Assembly: GCA_020635395.1 (NCBI GenBank)
Contig: JACJZV010000004.1
Coordinates: forward strand, 159,429 to 223,428
From: Flavobacteriales bacterium
GTDB lineage: Bacteria; Bacteroidota; Bacteroidia; NS11-12g; UBA9320
Direction of reading: 5' to 3'
DNA length: 64,000 nucleotides
Position 1 is the first letter of the stretch; every line of letters starts with the position of its first letter. Both the position numbers and the translations under genes were made by a program. Positions 1 to 10,014 of this stretch are shown in pieces. The notes below the pieces were generated by a model, which saw only the letters and a program-made list of their open reading frames with translations, had not been told where the DNA came from and did not search any database.

Positions 1-1577
1 ATGTGGAGTGTGTCGAAATACCATTCTCCATAACCTCTACCCTTAGAACTGCTTCCATAACATTTAAAGGGGTAGTCGCCGTTTTTACTATACTCCAGTC
101 TTGGTTCAAAATCTATTAAGGTATCAATTTCATCATTATCCAAGACAAAATACCAAATAAAACTATCCAAATCTGAATTAAAATCTGATATATTATTAAA
201 TTTCACATTGGCAGTACAGGAATATTCAATCTCTGGTTTAAATCGCAGATAATCATAGAAGTCAAAACTAATATTTTCACCGATATTACCGGGGTACTTG
301 TAATAGCGAGGTTTAAACAAAAGGGAGTCGTTTTTCCAGAACAAATCTTCCCTCAGAAGCGAGCCATTGTTAGAGTTTAGAAAGATTGAATACCAAATTT
401 TATTTTCGCTCCGATCAGTTCCCCCAGATTGCCTACTTGGATGTTCGCTATCCAAGAGGAAAAGACTCCCGCTAATACCCAATTTGAGTGATTCGTATGT
501 GTGTGCTAAATATAATTTTTCCTGCAAATCACTATAACAATTAACGGTACGCAATATTCCCCTATAATAAAAAACAGAACCCTCAATTTTGTATATCTCA
601 TATGTTAGAAAATAACAAAAGCTATCGTTTGGGGAAATTTCAATTCGATTACCCCATTTATTAAAATCCAATTCTTCATAAATTTGATTTTCCGCACCAA
701 CCTCATCGATTTTGTTAAACAGAACATGGGCATTTTCACTCTTTTTGAAATGCAGGGTTCCTGAATCGATATCAAGCCTAAACAGTACATTTTGGGATGC
801 AAGCAATAAGTCCAAACCCTTGTCATTTTTAAGGTAATACTTAATGTTAGACAAAAAGGTAATATAATTTTGGACATGTGCGGGCTTGACAATTTGCCGA
901 TTTATTTCTGTGTAAACATTGGGTATTGCATCGTATTTGGTGCTAAAAGCTGGATGCTCATAAATTGCAATTGAGTCAAGCATACGAAATGATTCATCAA
1001 CTAATAATCCTGTGTAAAGTGATTTGTTGCTCATAAATACCAATAGTGTTTTATTGGTATCAATACGCGAAAATGTCAAATCCGTAATATCCATTCCAAC
1101 CAATAAAGCCTTATTCCATAAAACCTTGAAAGTTCCATCCGAGCCTCTTTCTATTCGTTGCAAATGAACTCCTCTGTCAGGATTGGTACTGTAAGGCGGC
1201 TCATAGAAATTAGCCCCGATGGTGGACACAATATGGTGATATTCCGAATATTCAATTACAGCCTGATCATATTCCCCCTTAACAAAATTCTCATTACCTG
1301 AGAGTAAATTTCCATTTGAATCTTTTAAGCCAATGTCTTGCTCAAAGTAATAGCCTAATTGTCCATCTCTTGTTGTATAACAAAGCGAACTTCTAACAGT
1401 CACATCCATCCCCACATCAATGACTTTTATTTGGTCATTGCAGTTCAAAGCAAAAAGTCTAGAATTTTTTTGCCAATACTTTACCTCTTGAGAAAATACG
1501 ACCGTTGGGCAAAATAGCCCCAACAGTCGTACTGTAATTATCAAAAACGTATTAATCAATGACCAATTTACCGACAT
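1..1577 (-). CDS. hypothetical secreted protein, 3' end runs off the left window edge (absent from supplied ORF track)
   Basis: Hand translation of the reverse strand gives one uninterrupted frame from base 1 up to ATG at 1577 (alternative ATG 1583), more than 520 codons. It is missing from the track only because its stop lies outside the window. The N-terminus MSVNWSLINTFLIITVRLLGLFCPTVVFSQ is signal-peptide-like. No family recognised. Confidence 0.6.
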   Translation of the reverse strand, partial: MSVNWSLINTFLIITVRLLGLFCPTVVFSQEVKYWQKNSRLFALNCNDQIKVIDVGMDVTVRSSLCYTTRDGQLGYYFEQDIGLKDSNGNLLSGNENFVKGEYDQAVIEYSEYHHIVSTIGANFYEPPYSTNPDRGVHLQRIERGSDGTFKVLWNKALLVGMDITDLTFSRIDTNKTLLVFMSNKSLYTGLLVDESFRMLDSIAIYEHPAFSTKYDAIPNVYTEINRQIVKPAHVQNYITFLSNIKYYLKNDKGLDLLLASQNVLFRLDIDSGTLHFKKSENAHVLFNKIDEVGAENQIYEELDFNKWGNRIEISPNDSFCYFLTYEIYKIEGSVFYYRGILRTVNCYSDLQEKLYLAHTYESLKLGISGSLFLLDSEHPSRQSGGTDRSENKIWYSIFLNSNNGSLLREDLFWKNDSLLFKPRYYKYPGNIGENISFDFYDYLRFKPEIEYSCTANVKFNNISDFNSDLDSFIWYFVLDNDEIDTLIDFEPRLEYSKNGDYPFKCYGSSSKGRGYGEWYFDTLH

Positions 1578-3375
1578 ACACATTATTATTTATTTCCGAA
1601 ACCAACTTCAAAAAGTACACACCACTTTTTAGAAAAGAGGCATCTATTTCTTCCTCATTCATTGCCTCAAAATTTGCAACTGCCTGACCAAGAATTGTAT
1701 GAATACTGCCTTGATACTTTCCTATTCCGGACAAATTTGTTAATCGAAATACTCCATTTGTAGGATTTGGGTAAATGTCTATTGAACGAACTCCATCATT
1801 AAAACCTTCAATACCAAGCGTGGGGCAGTAAAAATCTTCCCAATTCATTTCAAAGTCATCACAAGTAATGGTGCAGTTAAGAGCAGAACTTACTATATTG
1901 GAGTTAACATTAGACAACGTTGGATTAACCGTAGAAAGTCCAAAAAAATTAACGTTTCCTGTACCTATATTTTCAATATTAAATGTTGAGTTACCAGTTG
2001 TGGTAAAGGAATTAGCAGCATCTTTGGAGGAACTTCCGATGTCCAAATCACCACTTGAAACACGAATATCAACTTGTAAGCCTTCAAAATTATTGCATTC
2101 AACCAAAATTGAACTAGACCCTGCTGCATTGAAAATATCAATCCCTGTCAACAAAAATGTCAACTGACCAGCATAGTCGAAGTCATTAGCTTTTATTTTT
2201 GCCGTCCCATTGGTGTTATCTATCGTTATGGCGGTATTTTGGCTATATGGGCTTGGTTGCACAACATGATATTTGAACGCGTTATCAATAATCCTAGATT
2301 CTGAGCAGTCATTGATTATAACATCCTGAAAGTGAATGGAACCACAACCAGAACTTTTAAAAATATTCGCTAAACCCGACAAAATTTTCTCTACCTGACA
2401 TTCAAAAATAATTCCTTTTGACAATCCATTTAGATTTATCGAGTTGAAACAGTTAGAAAATTCTGACCCTCTAATAAAGAACTTATTTGAGTTTGATGAA
2501 ACTGCCTCAATACCAGTAGTCAGATTTGAAAACGTATTTACCTTGGAAGCACCACCTCCACCATTTTTCTGCATAATACCACCGCAACTTTCGTAATTAA
2601 CATCCTTGGTGAATTGGTCTGCCTCAAATTCAAGGATAGCTGATGACCCGTTTGCTACAATTCCTTTTCCTCTGTCTCGTTGACAAGCTTGAGCCGTCAT
2701 TCCATTTGTAAAAGTATTGCCACCAATATTAACCCCAGCAACTCCAGACATACTAATATGTTTCAGTCTATTTGGCAAATAAATAGAATTACTAATGAAA
2801 TTTTGGTTGTCCCATTTGAAAACACAACCCATTACGAACGAGGCATTTGATTCTGGGCAATCCATTGAACTATAAGGCTCTATGTTGATTCCTAGTTCGC
2901 AATTTGTGAAATTTGTTTTCCTCGTCCTTACCACGGCTCCATCTTTCGATTGAATTCCAATTTTAGCGTTTAAAATTGATGAATTTTCAGCTTTCACCAA
3001 GGTTTGATTATTATTTAGTACTCCCTCCCAAGAGGCTGAATTGTTGTGTTTATTTGGATCCGGGAAAGTGATAAATTGTTCAATTGCTGGATCACCATTA
3101 GCTACAATACCATTCCAAACGTTAGTTCCCAAACCGGATGACTGCAATTTTGCATTATTCATAACTATTAGTTTTGCACCAGTGTTTAAGGTAATTTTCG
3201 CCAAGTTATTCATATTCAGAGTCGCACCATCAATGGTCAAAGTAACTCCGGAATTAATAGTTACCCCATTATTATACCCAATAGGTAAACTACCTGAAGG
3301 AGTCCATGTTGTATTAAGGCTTATGATTACTTGTGCATTGTCTGCACCGCAGACCCAAGTAACCAATACCAGCAT
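1552..3375 (-). CDS. secreted protein with T9SS type A C-terminal sorting domain and beta-helix-like repeats
   Basis: 607-aa ORF. The C-terminus IDIYPNPTNGVFRLTN...GVYFLKLVSEINNNVYVGKLVID fits the Por secretion tail pattern. The body is N/G/S/T-rich with short periodic repeats typical of parallel beta-helix proteins. The N-terminus is short and hydrophobic. Confidence 0.7.
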   Translation of the reverse strand: MLVLVTWVCGADNAQVIISLNTTWTPSGSLPIGYNNGVTINSGVTLTIDGATLNMNNLAKITLNTGAKLIVMNNAKLQSSGLGTNVWNGIVANGDPAIEQFITFPDPNKHNNSASWEGVLNNNQTLVKAENSSILNAKIGIQSKDGAVVRTRKTNFTNCELGINIEPYSSMDCPESNASFVMGCVFKWDNQNFISNSIYLPNRLKHISMSGVAGVNIGGNTFTNGMTAQACQRDRGKGIVANGSSAILEFEADQFTKDVNYESCGGIMQKNGGGGASKVNTFSNLTTGIEAVSSNSNKFFIRGSEFSNCFNSINLNGLSKGIIFECQVEKILSGLANIFKSSGCGSIHFQDVIINDCSESRIIDNAFKYHVVQPSPYSQNTAITIDNTNGTAKIKANDFDYAGQLTFLLTGIDIFNAAGSSSILVECNNFEGLQVDIRVSSGDLDIGSSSKDAANSFTTTGNSTFNIENIGTGNVNFFGLSTVNPTLSNVNSNIVSSALNCTITCDDFEMNWEDFYCPTLGIEGFNDGVRSIDIYPNPTNGVFRLTNLSGIGKYQGSIHTILGQAVANFEAMNEEEIDASFLKSGVYFLKLVSEINNNVYVGKLVID

Positions 3376-3427
3376 TAGCGGCCCCTTTAGCCTATCAAAT
3401 AATTAATACTTGACAGCCCGCCAACGC

Positions 3428-3444
3428 TGTGTGTGTGTGTGTGT
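3428..3444. repeat. (TG)8 dinucleotide microsatellite in divergent intergenic region
   Basis: tgtgtgtgtgtgtgtgt read directly at 3428-3444, 53-69 nt upstream of the start (3375) of the reverse-strand T9SS cargo gene. Confidence 0.95.
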
Positions 3445-3866
3445 AGTTTGGTGCTGTTTAGTTCGCCGTGGCGAATGGTTTAAAGCATCATCAGCTTGGC
3501 CGAATGCTTCGTTTGTTGTACATTTTTTCATAAATTTTTCATTTTTAAAGTTAAAAAACATTGGTCTAAAAGATTTTTTCGGTATGCACTTTTTGGTCGT
3601 AACGTATGGCACTTTAACATTGCTTTTCTTTGGTTTTTGCCACGTTGTCAGGATTTTAATTCATTTCACATTTTCTTTTAGGTTATCAATAGTTCAAAGT
3701 TTAGACTTTTTTTTGGTTGGTGCAAGTTTTTTTTTAAAGCCTTTTATGAGATTCTTCGACTAAAACTTCTGAATGACGACTGTATAATATCAAGCATTCA
3801 TCTATAAAGGTAAACCTCCAGATAACTATCGGGGCAACTTAACATCTAATCTACTATAATTGCGGG

Positions 3867-5750
3867 GTGAAAAAAAAGAGACAGTTGGTGGCGGTGATTG
3901 GAGCGGCTTTGGCATTGCTTCTGGTTATTTGGTTTGTAAGAAATAAGCAACCAACCAAGACTATTTCGGAGAATAACCAAAACGAGAAGGGTAAAAGCGA
4001 TTCTGGATTATCGAAAAAAATAGAGCCCGAAAGCAAAAGCCCAACGTATGCCGATTCTTCAAAAAAACTTAACGCTAATACAAACCCAACCGAACATCCA
4101 TCTGCCACACCGCTAAAAGAAATTGAAAAAACTAAACCAAACAAAAAAGGTGTTCAGCTTGGCTATTATGTATCTCCGATAGATGGCGAGATTTTATTGT
4201 CCGGAACTTTTGCCGAGCTGAGGAACAACCATTTTCATGGAGGGCTTGATATACGCACGGGAGGAGTGGAAGGTAAGCAGGTAAAGGCCGCTGCGAGTGG
4301 CTTTGTCAGCCGTATAAAAGTGGACGAAAAAGGGTACGGAAAGGCTCTCTATATCCAGCATCCCAATGGCACTACCACTGTTTACGGGCATCTACAAAAG
4401 TTTTATGGCACAATTCAAGAGGAGGTAATTGCACACCAATATGCCCTTAAAAACTATGAGTTTGACTGGTATGTACCTGCCGGGAAACTCCCCGTTAGTA
4501 AAGGGCAGGTGGTGGCCATAAGCGGCAACACCGGCGGTAGCGGAGGCCCACATTTGCATTTCGAAATAAGAGATAGTCGAGGGCGAACGGTAAATCCATT
4601 GCTGTACGGTCTTCGGGTGGATGACAATATTTCTCCGACCATAGGTACTTGTTTTTTATATGCCATTGACCACACTCGATATGCCCAATATGGCATTTAT
4701 GCCGGACAAAAAATTCAAAAAAGTGGAAGCAGTCTTGATGTAGCTCCCGGGCAATACGCCGTGGGTGCCAACTGGATTGACTTTTTTACGGATAGGATGA
4801 ATAAACTAGGTATAAACTACGCCGAACTATCTGTAAACGGTAAAACTATTTTTACGCAAACCATTGAAGATTTTGATTTTGACCAAGGGAGATACATCAA
4901 TCAACATATCGATTATTGGTATTTTGCCGAACATGGAGTGCGATATGTAAAGATGTTTAAAGACAATGGAAACAAACTTCACTTTTATAAAGGTAACGGC
5001 ATTTTTGAGGTAAAAGATTCTGAAACACTCAAAATAAGCGTTGCCATAAAAGATTTTTCGGGACACGCTGATACATTTTGGTTCAATCTTATTGGAAAAG
5101 AAACTGCAAAACCTCTGACAGCCGGTGGCACCAATATGGCCGGAAATAGCCAATGCACCGCCGGAAAGACAAACATATTAAAATCTACCAATGCCATAAT
5201 AACACTTCCCTCAGATGCTTTGTATAACGATACCTACATGAGCATTTCTGAAACCCCGGCCACAGGCAATGCCGTTTCGCCCATGATAAAGGTAAATAAT
5301 GCCAATGTGCCTTTGCATAAATCGGCTACCGTGCAAATTAAAATACCCGATGGCGTGGCTGATGAATCTAAACTTGTGATGATGAGTTACGATAAAAACA
5401 CCAAAACCAGTGATTATGAAGGTGGGAAAGTGTCGGGAAATTATATAACCGAAACTTCAAAAGAGTTGAGTGTTTACTATCTGGCGTATGATGATACAGA
5501 GCCCACAATTACTCCGTTGAATTTAGGTAATTCATTATCTTTTAAGGTGGTGGACAATCTCAGCGATATAGACATCTACAATTGTTATATCGACAACAAA
5601 TGGGTTTTGCTGGAATATGAACCAAAGTTGAACAGACTATTTGGTTCAGTACCGAACTGGATAGAAGCCGGAAGCCATACACTTAAACTTGAGGTGACCG
5701 ATGGAGCCGGAAATAAAGCTGTGCTTGAACGAACAATTAATACAAAATGA
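3867..5750 (+). CDS. M23 family metallopeptidase (LytM-type), membrane anchored
   Basis: GTG start. The N-terminal TM segment is LVAVIGAALALLLVIWFV. M23 motifs HFHGGLDIRTG and GNTGGSGGPHLHFEIR are present. Confidence 0.85.
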   Translation: MKKKRQLVAVIGAALALLLVIWFVRNKQPTKTISENNQNEKGKSDSGLSKKIEPESKSPTYADSSKKLNANTNPTEHPSATPLKEIEKTKPNKKGVQLGYYVSPIDGEILLSGTFAELRNNHFHGGLDIRTGGVEGKQVKAAASGFVSRIKVDEKGYGKALYIQHPNGTTTVYGHLQKFYGTIQEEVIAHQYALKNYEFDWYVPAGKLPVSKGQVVAISGNTGGSGGPHLHFEIRDSRGRTVNPLLYGLRVDDNISPTIGTCFLYAIDHTRYAQYGIYAGQKIQKSGSSLDVAPGQYAVGANWIDFFTDRMNKLGINYAELSVNGKTIFTQTIEDFDFDQGRYINQHIDYWYFAEHGVRYVKMFKDNGNKLHFYKGNGIFEVKDSETLKISVAIKDFSGHADTFWFNLIGKETAKPLTAGGTNMAGNSQCTAGKTNILKSTNAIITLPSDALYNDTYMSISETPATGNAVSPMIKVNNANVPLHKSATVQIKIPDGVADESKLVMMSYDKNTKTSDYEGGKVSGNYITETSKELSVYYLAYDDTEPTITPLNLGNSLSFKVVDNLSDIDIYNCYIDNKWVLLEYEPKLNRLFGSVPNWIEAGSHTLKLEVTDGAGNKAVLERTINTK

Positions 5751-6199
5751 GCAAATTAGAAATTGGAACAAAAATTCCAAACTTTACAACCATCGATCAG
5801 AATGAGGAAACCATTTCGGACAATGATTTTATTGGCCGTAAAACAATTCTTTATTTTTACCCGCAAGACGACACACCAACTTGCACCAATCAGGCATGCA
5901 ACCTAAGAGACCATTTTGAGGAATTGAAAAAGGCAGGATATACCCTCTTTGGCATTAGTCCGGATAAAGCCAAAAAGCATCAAAAATTTATTTCTAAATA
6001 TCAACTTCCGTTTGATTTGTTGGTGGATGAAGACCATAAAATTGCCGAAAAATTTGGTGTTTGGGCTCTCAAAAAAACCTTCGGTAAAGAGTATATGGGC
6101 ATCGTTCGAACTACATTTATCATCAATGAAGAAGGGAAAATATCAAACATCATTGATGATGTAGTGGCAAAAAAACACAGCGAGCAGATACTTGGGTAG
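5747..6199 (+). CDS. bcp: thioredoxin-dependent thiol peroxidase (peroxiredoxin Bcp)
   Basis: 150 aa with YFYPQDDTPTCTNQACNLRD (peroxidatic Cys in a TPxC context) and Bcp-like length. ATGA overlap with the upstream gene. Confidence 0.88.
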   Translation: MSKLEIGTKIPNFTTIDQNEETISDNDFIGRKTILYFYPQDDTPTCTNQACNLRDHFEELKKAGYTLFGISPDKAKKHQKFISKYQLPFDLLVDEDHKIAEKFGVWALKKTFGKEYMGIVRTTFIINEEGKISNIIDDVVAKKHSEQILG

Positions 6200-6286
6200 G
6201 TAGTATGCGTTTTATTTCGTATCTTTCTTTATTCGATTTTTTCTTTTTTACCACTGCGTTTGACAGAGGTGGCACACAACTTTTTT

Positions 6287-6440
6287 GGAATAATTTGAAC
6301 CATTTAGGCATTAAGAAAATTAAGACTTAATGAACCTAAATTTTTTAATGGTTTTAAAAAGAAGGAAATATTTAAACCATTTAGGTATTAAGAAAATTAA
6401 GACTTAATGAACCCAAATTTCTTAATGGTTGAAAAAAATT
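6287..6440. repeat. tandem duplication, 2 x 77 bp, each unit containing an imperfect hairpin
   Basis: Unit 1 is 6287-6363 and unit 2 is 6364-6440, matching at nearly every position by eye. Core AACCATTTAGG(C/T)ATTAAGAAAATTAAGACTTAATGAACC(T/C)AAATTT(T/C)TTAATGGTT occurs at 6298-6353 and 6375-6430. CATTAAG/CTTAATG and AACCATT/AATGGTT are inverted arms. Confidence 0.9.
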
Positions 6441-6450
6441 TACTTTCTAA

Positions 6451-6507
6451 AAGAAAAAAAGAAAGGGGTAGCCAAATAAGCACTTTCCCAAATGCTTACC
6501 GCCCCCC
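6451..6507 (-). terminator. putative rho-independent terminator of ftsZ / dcw operon
   Basis: On the reverse strand GGGGcGGTAAGCA...TGCTT...TACCCC forms a long imperfect hairpin followed by TTTCTTTTTTT, 30-90 nt after the ftsZ stop. Confidence 0.5.
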
Positions 6508-6539
6508 TGTTCAAGTCGCATGTGTAGTCAAACTCTTTA

Positions 6540-7940
6540 TTAATCCACGTTGTCGTGAAGAAACGAATTATTTTGCTTCAATTCAGGTTTTGCCTCTGGT
6601 TCGTCAATTAGAGATGTTCTTGATATCTCAATATCAGACGAATGAAGCGTATTATTCAATTTTATCCCTCTTCTTTTATAGGCCGGAACACCTTCCAACT
6701 CCTCCATACCTTCAGGAGAATTGGCGGTTTTGTTCAGCTCTCTCAAATGCATCATTCGCTCCTTCATTTCGCGAACCTTGTCATCTGCTTTTCTCAATTC
6801 ATCCTCGGAATTTATAATGTCAAAAATGGAGGTTTGCGATTGAGGCTCTTCTTCAGCGATTGCCTCTTCTTGCACATCGCTTGTTTCGTTTACTGTTATT
6901 TTACCAATAGATACAGCTTCAAAAATATGCTCTTCCAATTTTTGAGGTTCTATTGCAGGCTTTATCAATCTATTTTCTTGTTTGTGAAAACCAGTAGCTA
7001 TAATGGTCACCGAAATACTGTTTTCCAATGTTTCATCGTAGCACAAACCACATTTCAAATTGGCATCTCTTCCCGCCTGTTCTTGGAAAAACTCGTTGAT
7101 TTCGGCATATTCATCCATGCTTGCCTCCTCGGCACCATACGAAATGTTAATCAACAAATCGCTGGCTCCGTTAATCTTATTGTCGTTCAACAACGGCGAG
7201 TTTAAAGCCAACTCGGCAGCACGCATGGCTCGGTCTTTTCCTTCGGCTACTCCATTACCCAATATGGCCACCCCGCTGTCTTTCATGGCGGTTTTCACGT
7301 CTTCAAAATCCACGTTTATACTTCCGGCAATGGTTATTATTTCGGCAATTCCTTTGGCAGCCGTAGTTAAAATATTATCGGCATGAGAAAATGCATCTGT
7401 AATTTTCAAATTACCATACATATCTTTTATCCTGTCATTTGAAATAACTAACAACGAATCTACGGCTCTTCGCATTTCGGCAATTCCATCTTCGGCGGCA
7501 TTGCATCGTTTTCCACCCTCAAAAGTAAAAGGTGTTGTAACGATACCAACCGTAAGAATGCCCATATCCTTTGCTGCTTTGGCAATAACCGGAGCAGCCC
7601 CAGTGCCTGTGCCACCGCCCATGCCGGCAGTAACAAAAACCATTTGAGTATTTACTCCAAGCGATTCGATAATATCTTCTATGCTTTCTTCTGCCGCACG
7701 TTTGCCAACTTCAGGATTTGAACCCGCACCCCGACCTTCGGTCAATTCATTTCCAATTTGAATTTTATTTGGAACCGGACTGATTTCTAACGCCTGATTA
7801 TCTGTGTTGAAGATAAAAAAATCTACTCCACTTATGCCTTGTTTGTACATATAGTTAACGGCATTGCCGCCACCGCCGCCTACTCCTATCACTTTTATGA
7901 TGGATGATCTTTCTTTGGGTAAGTCAATCTTAAAATTCAT
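6540..7940 (-). CDS. ftsZ: cell division GTPase FtsZ
   Basis: Tubulin signature [11 protein letters not shown], the N-terminal [15 protein letters not shown] motif, and position at the end of the dcw cluster. Confidence 0.97.
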   Translation of the reverse strand: MNFKIDLPKERSSIIKVIGVGGGGGNAVNYMYKQGISGVDFFIFNTDNQALEISPVPNKIQIGNELTEGRGAGSNPEVGKRAAEESIEDIIESLGVNTQMVFVTAGMGGGTGTGAAPVIAKAAKDMGILTVGIVTTPFTFEGGKRCNAAEDGIAEMRRAVDSLLVISNDRIKDMYGNLKITDAFSHADNILTTAAKGIAEIITIAGSINVDFEDVKTAMKDSGVAILGNGVAEGKDRAMRAAELALNSPLLNDNKINGASDLLINISYGAEEASMDEYAEINEFFQEQAGRDANLKCGLCYDETLENSISVTIIATGFHKQENRLIKPAIEPQKLEEHIFEAVSIGKITVNETSDVQEEAIAEEEPQSQTSIFDIINSEDELRKADDKVREMKERMMHLRELNKTANSPEGMEELEGVPAYKRRGIKLNNTLHSSDIEISRTSLIDEPEAKPELKQNNSFLHDNVD

Positions 7941-7949
7941 GCGTCTTAA

Positions 7950-9287
7950 TTAAAAATCTTGTATATCACTTTCATCCTTCAACCAAGCCTTAAACTTTGA
8001 GAAGAAATGCTCTCTTCGTTCGGCTTTAATATTCATATCGTGTTGGTCTTGCTCATCCTCTACTTTTGACTGAATAGGTTCTTCCACCACTTCCTCCACC
8101 ACCTGTGGTTTAAAAACGTTGTGTGTTCCTGTCTCTCCACGCAATCCTTTTAGCACCAAACCAACGCCTGTGGCATAGATGGGGCTTTTTACCTCTTCTA
8201 CCAAACCTTTGGCCAAATGCTCGTTCGGATAGCCGATGCGTGCATCCAATCCTGTAACAAATTCGGCAAGTTGAGTAATGTTTTTGAGCATGGCTCCACC
8301 ACCGGTTATTACCAAACCTCCAACCAATTTTTTCTCTAAACCACTTGCTTTTATTTCGTAATACACCAATTCCAAAATTTCAGAAACCCTTGCATTGATA
8401 ATCATTGAAAGGTTTTTCACTGAAATTTCTTTCGGCTCACGCCCTCTTAAACCTGGTATTGAAACAATTTCGTTTTCGGTTGATTCGTCGGCCAATGCAG
8501 AACCAAATTTTGTTTTTAGCAATTCGGCCTGATGTTTCATCACATTACAGCCTTCCTTAATATCTTCGGTTATGATGTTGCCTCCATAAGGTATAATGGC
8601 CGTGTGCCGGATAATGTTATCATGAAAAATGGCTACATCTGTTGTGCCACCTCCAATATCAACCAATACCACACCTGCTTCCATTTCTTCATCGCTCAAA
8701 ACCGAGTGCGATGAGGCTAATGGTTCCAGCGTGAGGTCGGATACTTTTAGACCCGATTTTTCGACACATTTGTAAATATTTTTCGCAGCGGTAATTTGCC
8801 CAGTGATAATATGGTAATTGCCTTCGAGCTTTATTCCGGCCATGCCGATTGGGTCAACAACTCCCGGCTCATTATCAACGGTAAAATCTTGAGGTAAAAC
8901 ATGAATAATTTTATCGCCCGGATTTACGGCAATTTTGTGCATGTCGGCTTCCAACTTATCCAAATCCGATTGCGAAATTTCCGATTCACCATCATTGCGG
9001 ATTATCATTCCTTTGTGTTGCAAACTATTGATGTGTGCACCGGCAATGCCCACATGTACTCGATTGATTTCTACATTTGAACTTTCTCCGGCCAATTTGG
9101 TAGAATCGATGATGGCATTAACAGTTTTATCAATATTTGAAACCACACCTCTGGTAACGCCACCATTTGAAGGTACTTGACCTATGCCCAAAATGTCAAC
9201 CTTACCGTATTCATTCATGCGACCAACAATGGTGCATATTTTGGTGGTTCCGATGTCTAATCCTACTACTATTTTGTCGTGTGCCAT
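7950..9287 (-). CDS. ftsA: cell division protein FtsA
   Basis: Actin-fold motifs VGLDIGTTKI and VLVDIGGGTTDV. Located immediately upstream of ftsZ. Confidence 0.95.
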   Translation of the reverse strand: MAHDKIVVGLDIGTTKICTIVGRMNEYGKVDILGIGQVPSNGGVTRGVVSNIDKTVNAIIDSTKLAGESSNVEINRVHVGIAGAHINSLQHKGMIIRNDGESEISQSDLDKLEADMHKIAVNPGDKIIHVLPQDFTVDNEPGVVDPIGMAGIKLEGNYHIITGQITAAKNIYKCVEKSGLKVSDLTLEPLASSHSVLSDEEMEAGVVLVDIGGGTTDVAIFHDNIIRHTAIIPYGGNIITEDIKEGCNVMKHQAELLKTKFGSALADESTENEIVSIPGLRGREPKEISVKNLSMIINARVSEILELVYYEIKASGLEKKLVGGLVITGGGAMLKNITQLAEFVTGLDARIGYPNEHLAKGLVEEVKSPIYATGVGLVLKGLRGETGTHNVFKPQVVEEVVEEPIQSKVEDEQDQHDMNIKAERREHFFSKFKAWLKDESDIQDF

Positions 9288-9288
9288 G

Positions 9289-10014
9289 CTACTTTCTACA
9301 AACTATTTGATTTTTGAATCGTATATCAATCTCACTATATTGCTCCCAACCAACGTTTTTTGAAGCTTTTTCATAAAATTCTTCCAACTTATTGAGCTTC
9401 TGTTCCATTCTTAGGGTATCTCCAAAAACAACTTCGTGTCCACCAATTTGAGTGGTAAAAACCAAGTCATTATTCGGTCTTACAAATATGTGGTCAATAA
9501 ACTTGTCCCAGAACTCCGACTGATTAACATGGTTTACAAATGTGTACAGTTTTTTATCCAAAACCGACGAAATGTTGCCGGAGGCCGTCTTCACACGGGG
9601 TGTATGCAGCTTTGACAATGGAATACGTTTGCCCGAATCATCCAGATAATAAGGATTTCCAACATCAGGATGCACTCGAACAATTGGTTTGCGTTGATAT
9701 ATTTTTAAGTGAAGATTCCCTTCAAAATCAAAATAACCCTCCGCATTTTTAACAAATACATTGCCTCTGAGTGATTTTTCCACCCTTTTTAGTGGTACTT
9801 CAGTGGTTTTGAGCCCCACGGTGGGAACGGTATCTCGCTTTAATTGTTCCAATATAGATTGGGCAGAAATCAATGCGGCATCATTGTCGGCATATTCTAC
9901 AATTACCTCTTTGCACACCCTATTTTGCTTTTTATGTCGAAAGACAAAAAATAAGGAAACAATGGCCACCAAACCCACAAATACCATCAACCAATTGAGC
10001 ATGTATTTTTTCAT
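9289..10014 (-). CDS. ftsQ: cell division protein FtsQ-like
   Basis: 241 aa with a single N-terminal TM segment (LNWLMVFVGLVAIVSLFFVF). Sits in the conserved slot between murC and ftsA. Sequence conservation is weak, so the call rests on synteny. Confidence 0.7.
   Translation of the reverse strand: MKKYMLNWLMVFVGLVAIVSLFFVFRHKKQNRVCKEVIVEYADNDAALISAQSILEQLKRDTVPTVGLKTTEVPLKRVEKSLRGNVFVKNAEGYFDFEGNLHLKIYQRKPIVRVHPDVGNPYYLDDSGKRIPLSKLHTPRVKTASGNISSVLDKKLYTFVNHVNQSEFWDKFIDHIFVRPNNDLVFTTQIGGHEVVFGDTLRMEQKLNKLEEFYEKASKNVGWEQYSEIDIRFKNQIVCRK

Noticed and set aside
605-892. 95-aa reverse-strand ORF from the track
   Set aside because: It is out of frame within, and fully overlapped by, the >520-codon open frame that spans 1-1583 on the same strand. 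It also has a TTG start and odd composition.
3447-3520. GGTGCTGTTTA string reminiscent of the conserved 5' side of bacterial SRP (4.5S) RNA domain IV
   Set aside because: The hallmark continuation (CAGGTCCGGAAGGAAGCAGCC with a GGAA tetraloop) is absent on both strands, so this is not an SRP RNA.
3403-3763. Three overlapping small ORFs (3403-3612 minus, 3410-3763 plus, 3496-3681 plus) in the divergent spacer
   Set aside because: They lie in T-rich, low-complexity non-coding DNA, run through the (TG)8 tract (giving HTHTHT / CVCVCV peptides) and overlap each other. There is no coding signal.
6287-6440. Possible CRISPR array
   Set aside because: There are only two directly adjacent repeat units with no spacers, and no cas genes in the window.
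6407-7386. Plus-strand ORFs 6407-6817, 6642-7205 and 7060-7386
   Set aside because: They are antisense to ftsZ or run through the intergenic repeat and terminator. ftsZ identity on the opposite strand is unambiguous.
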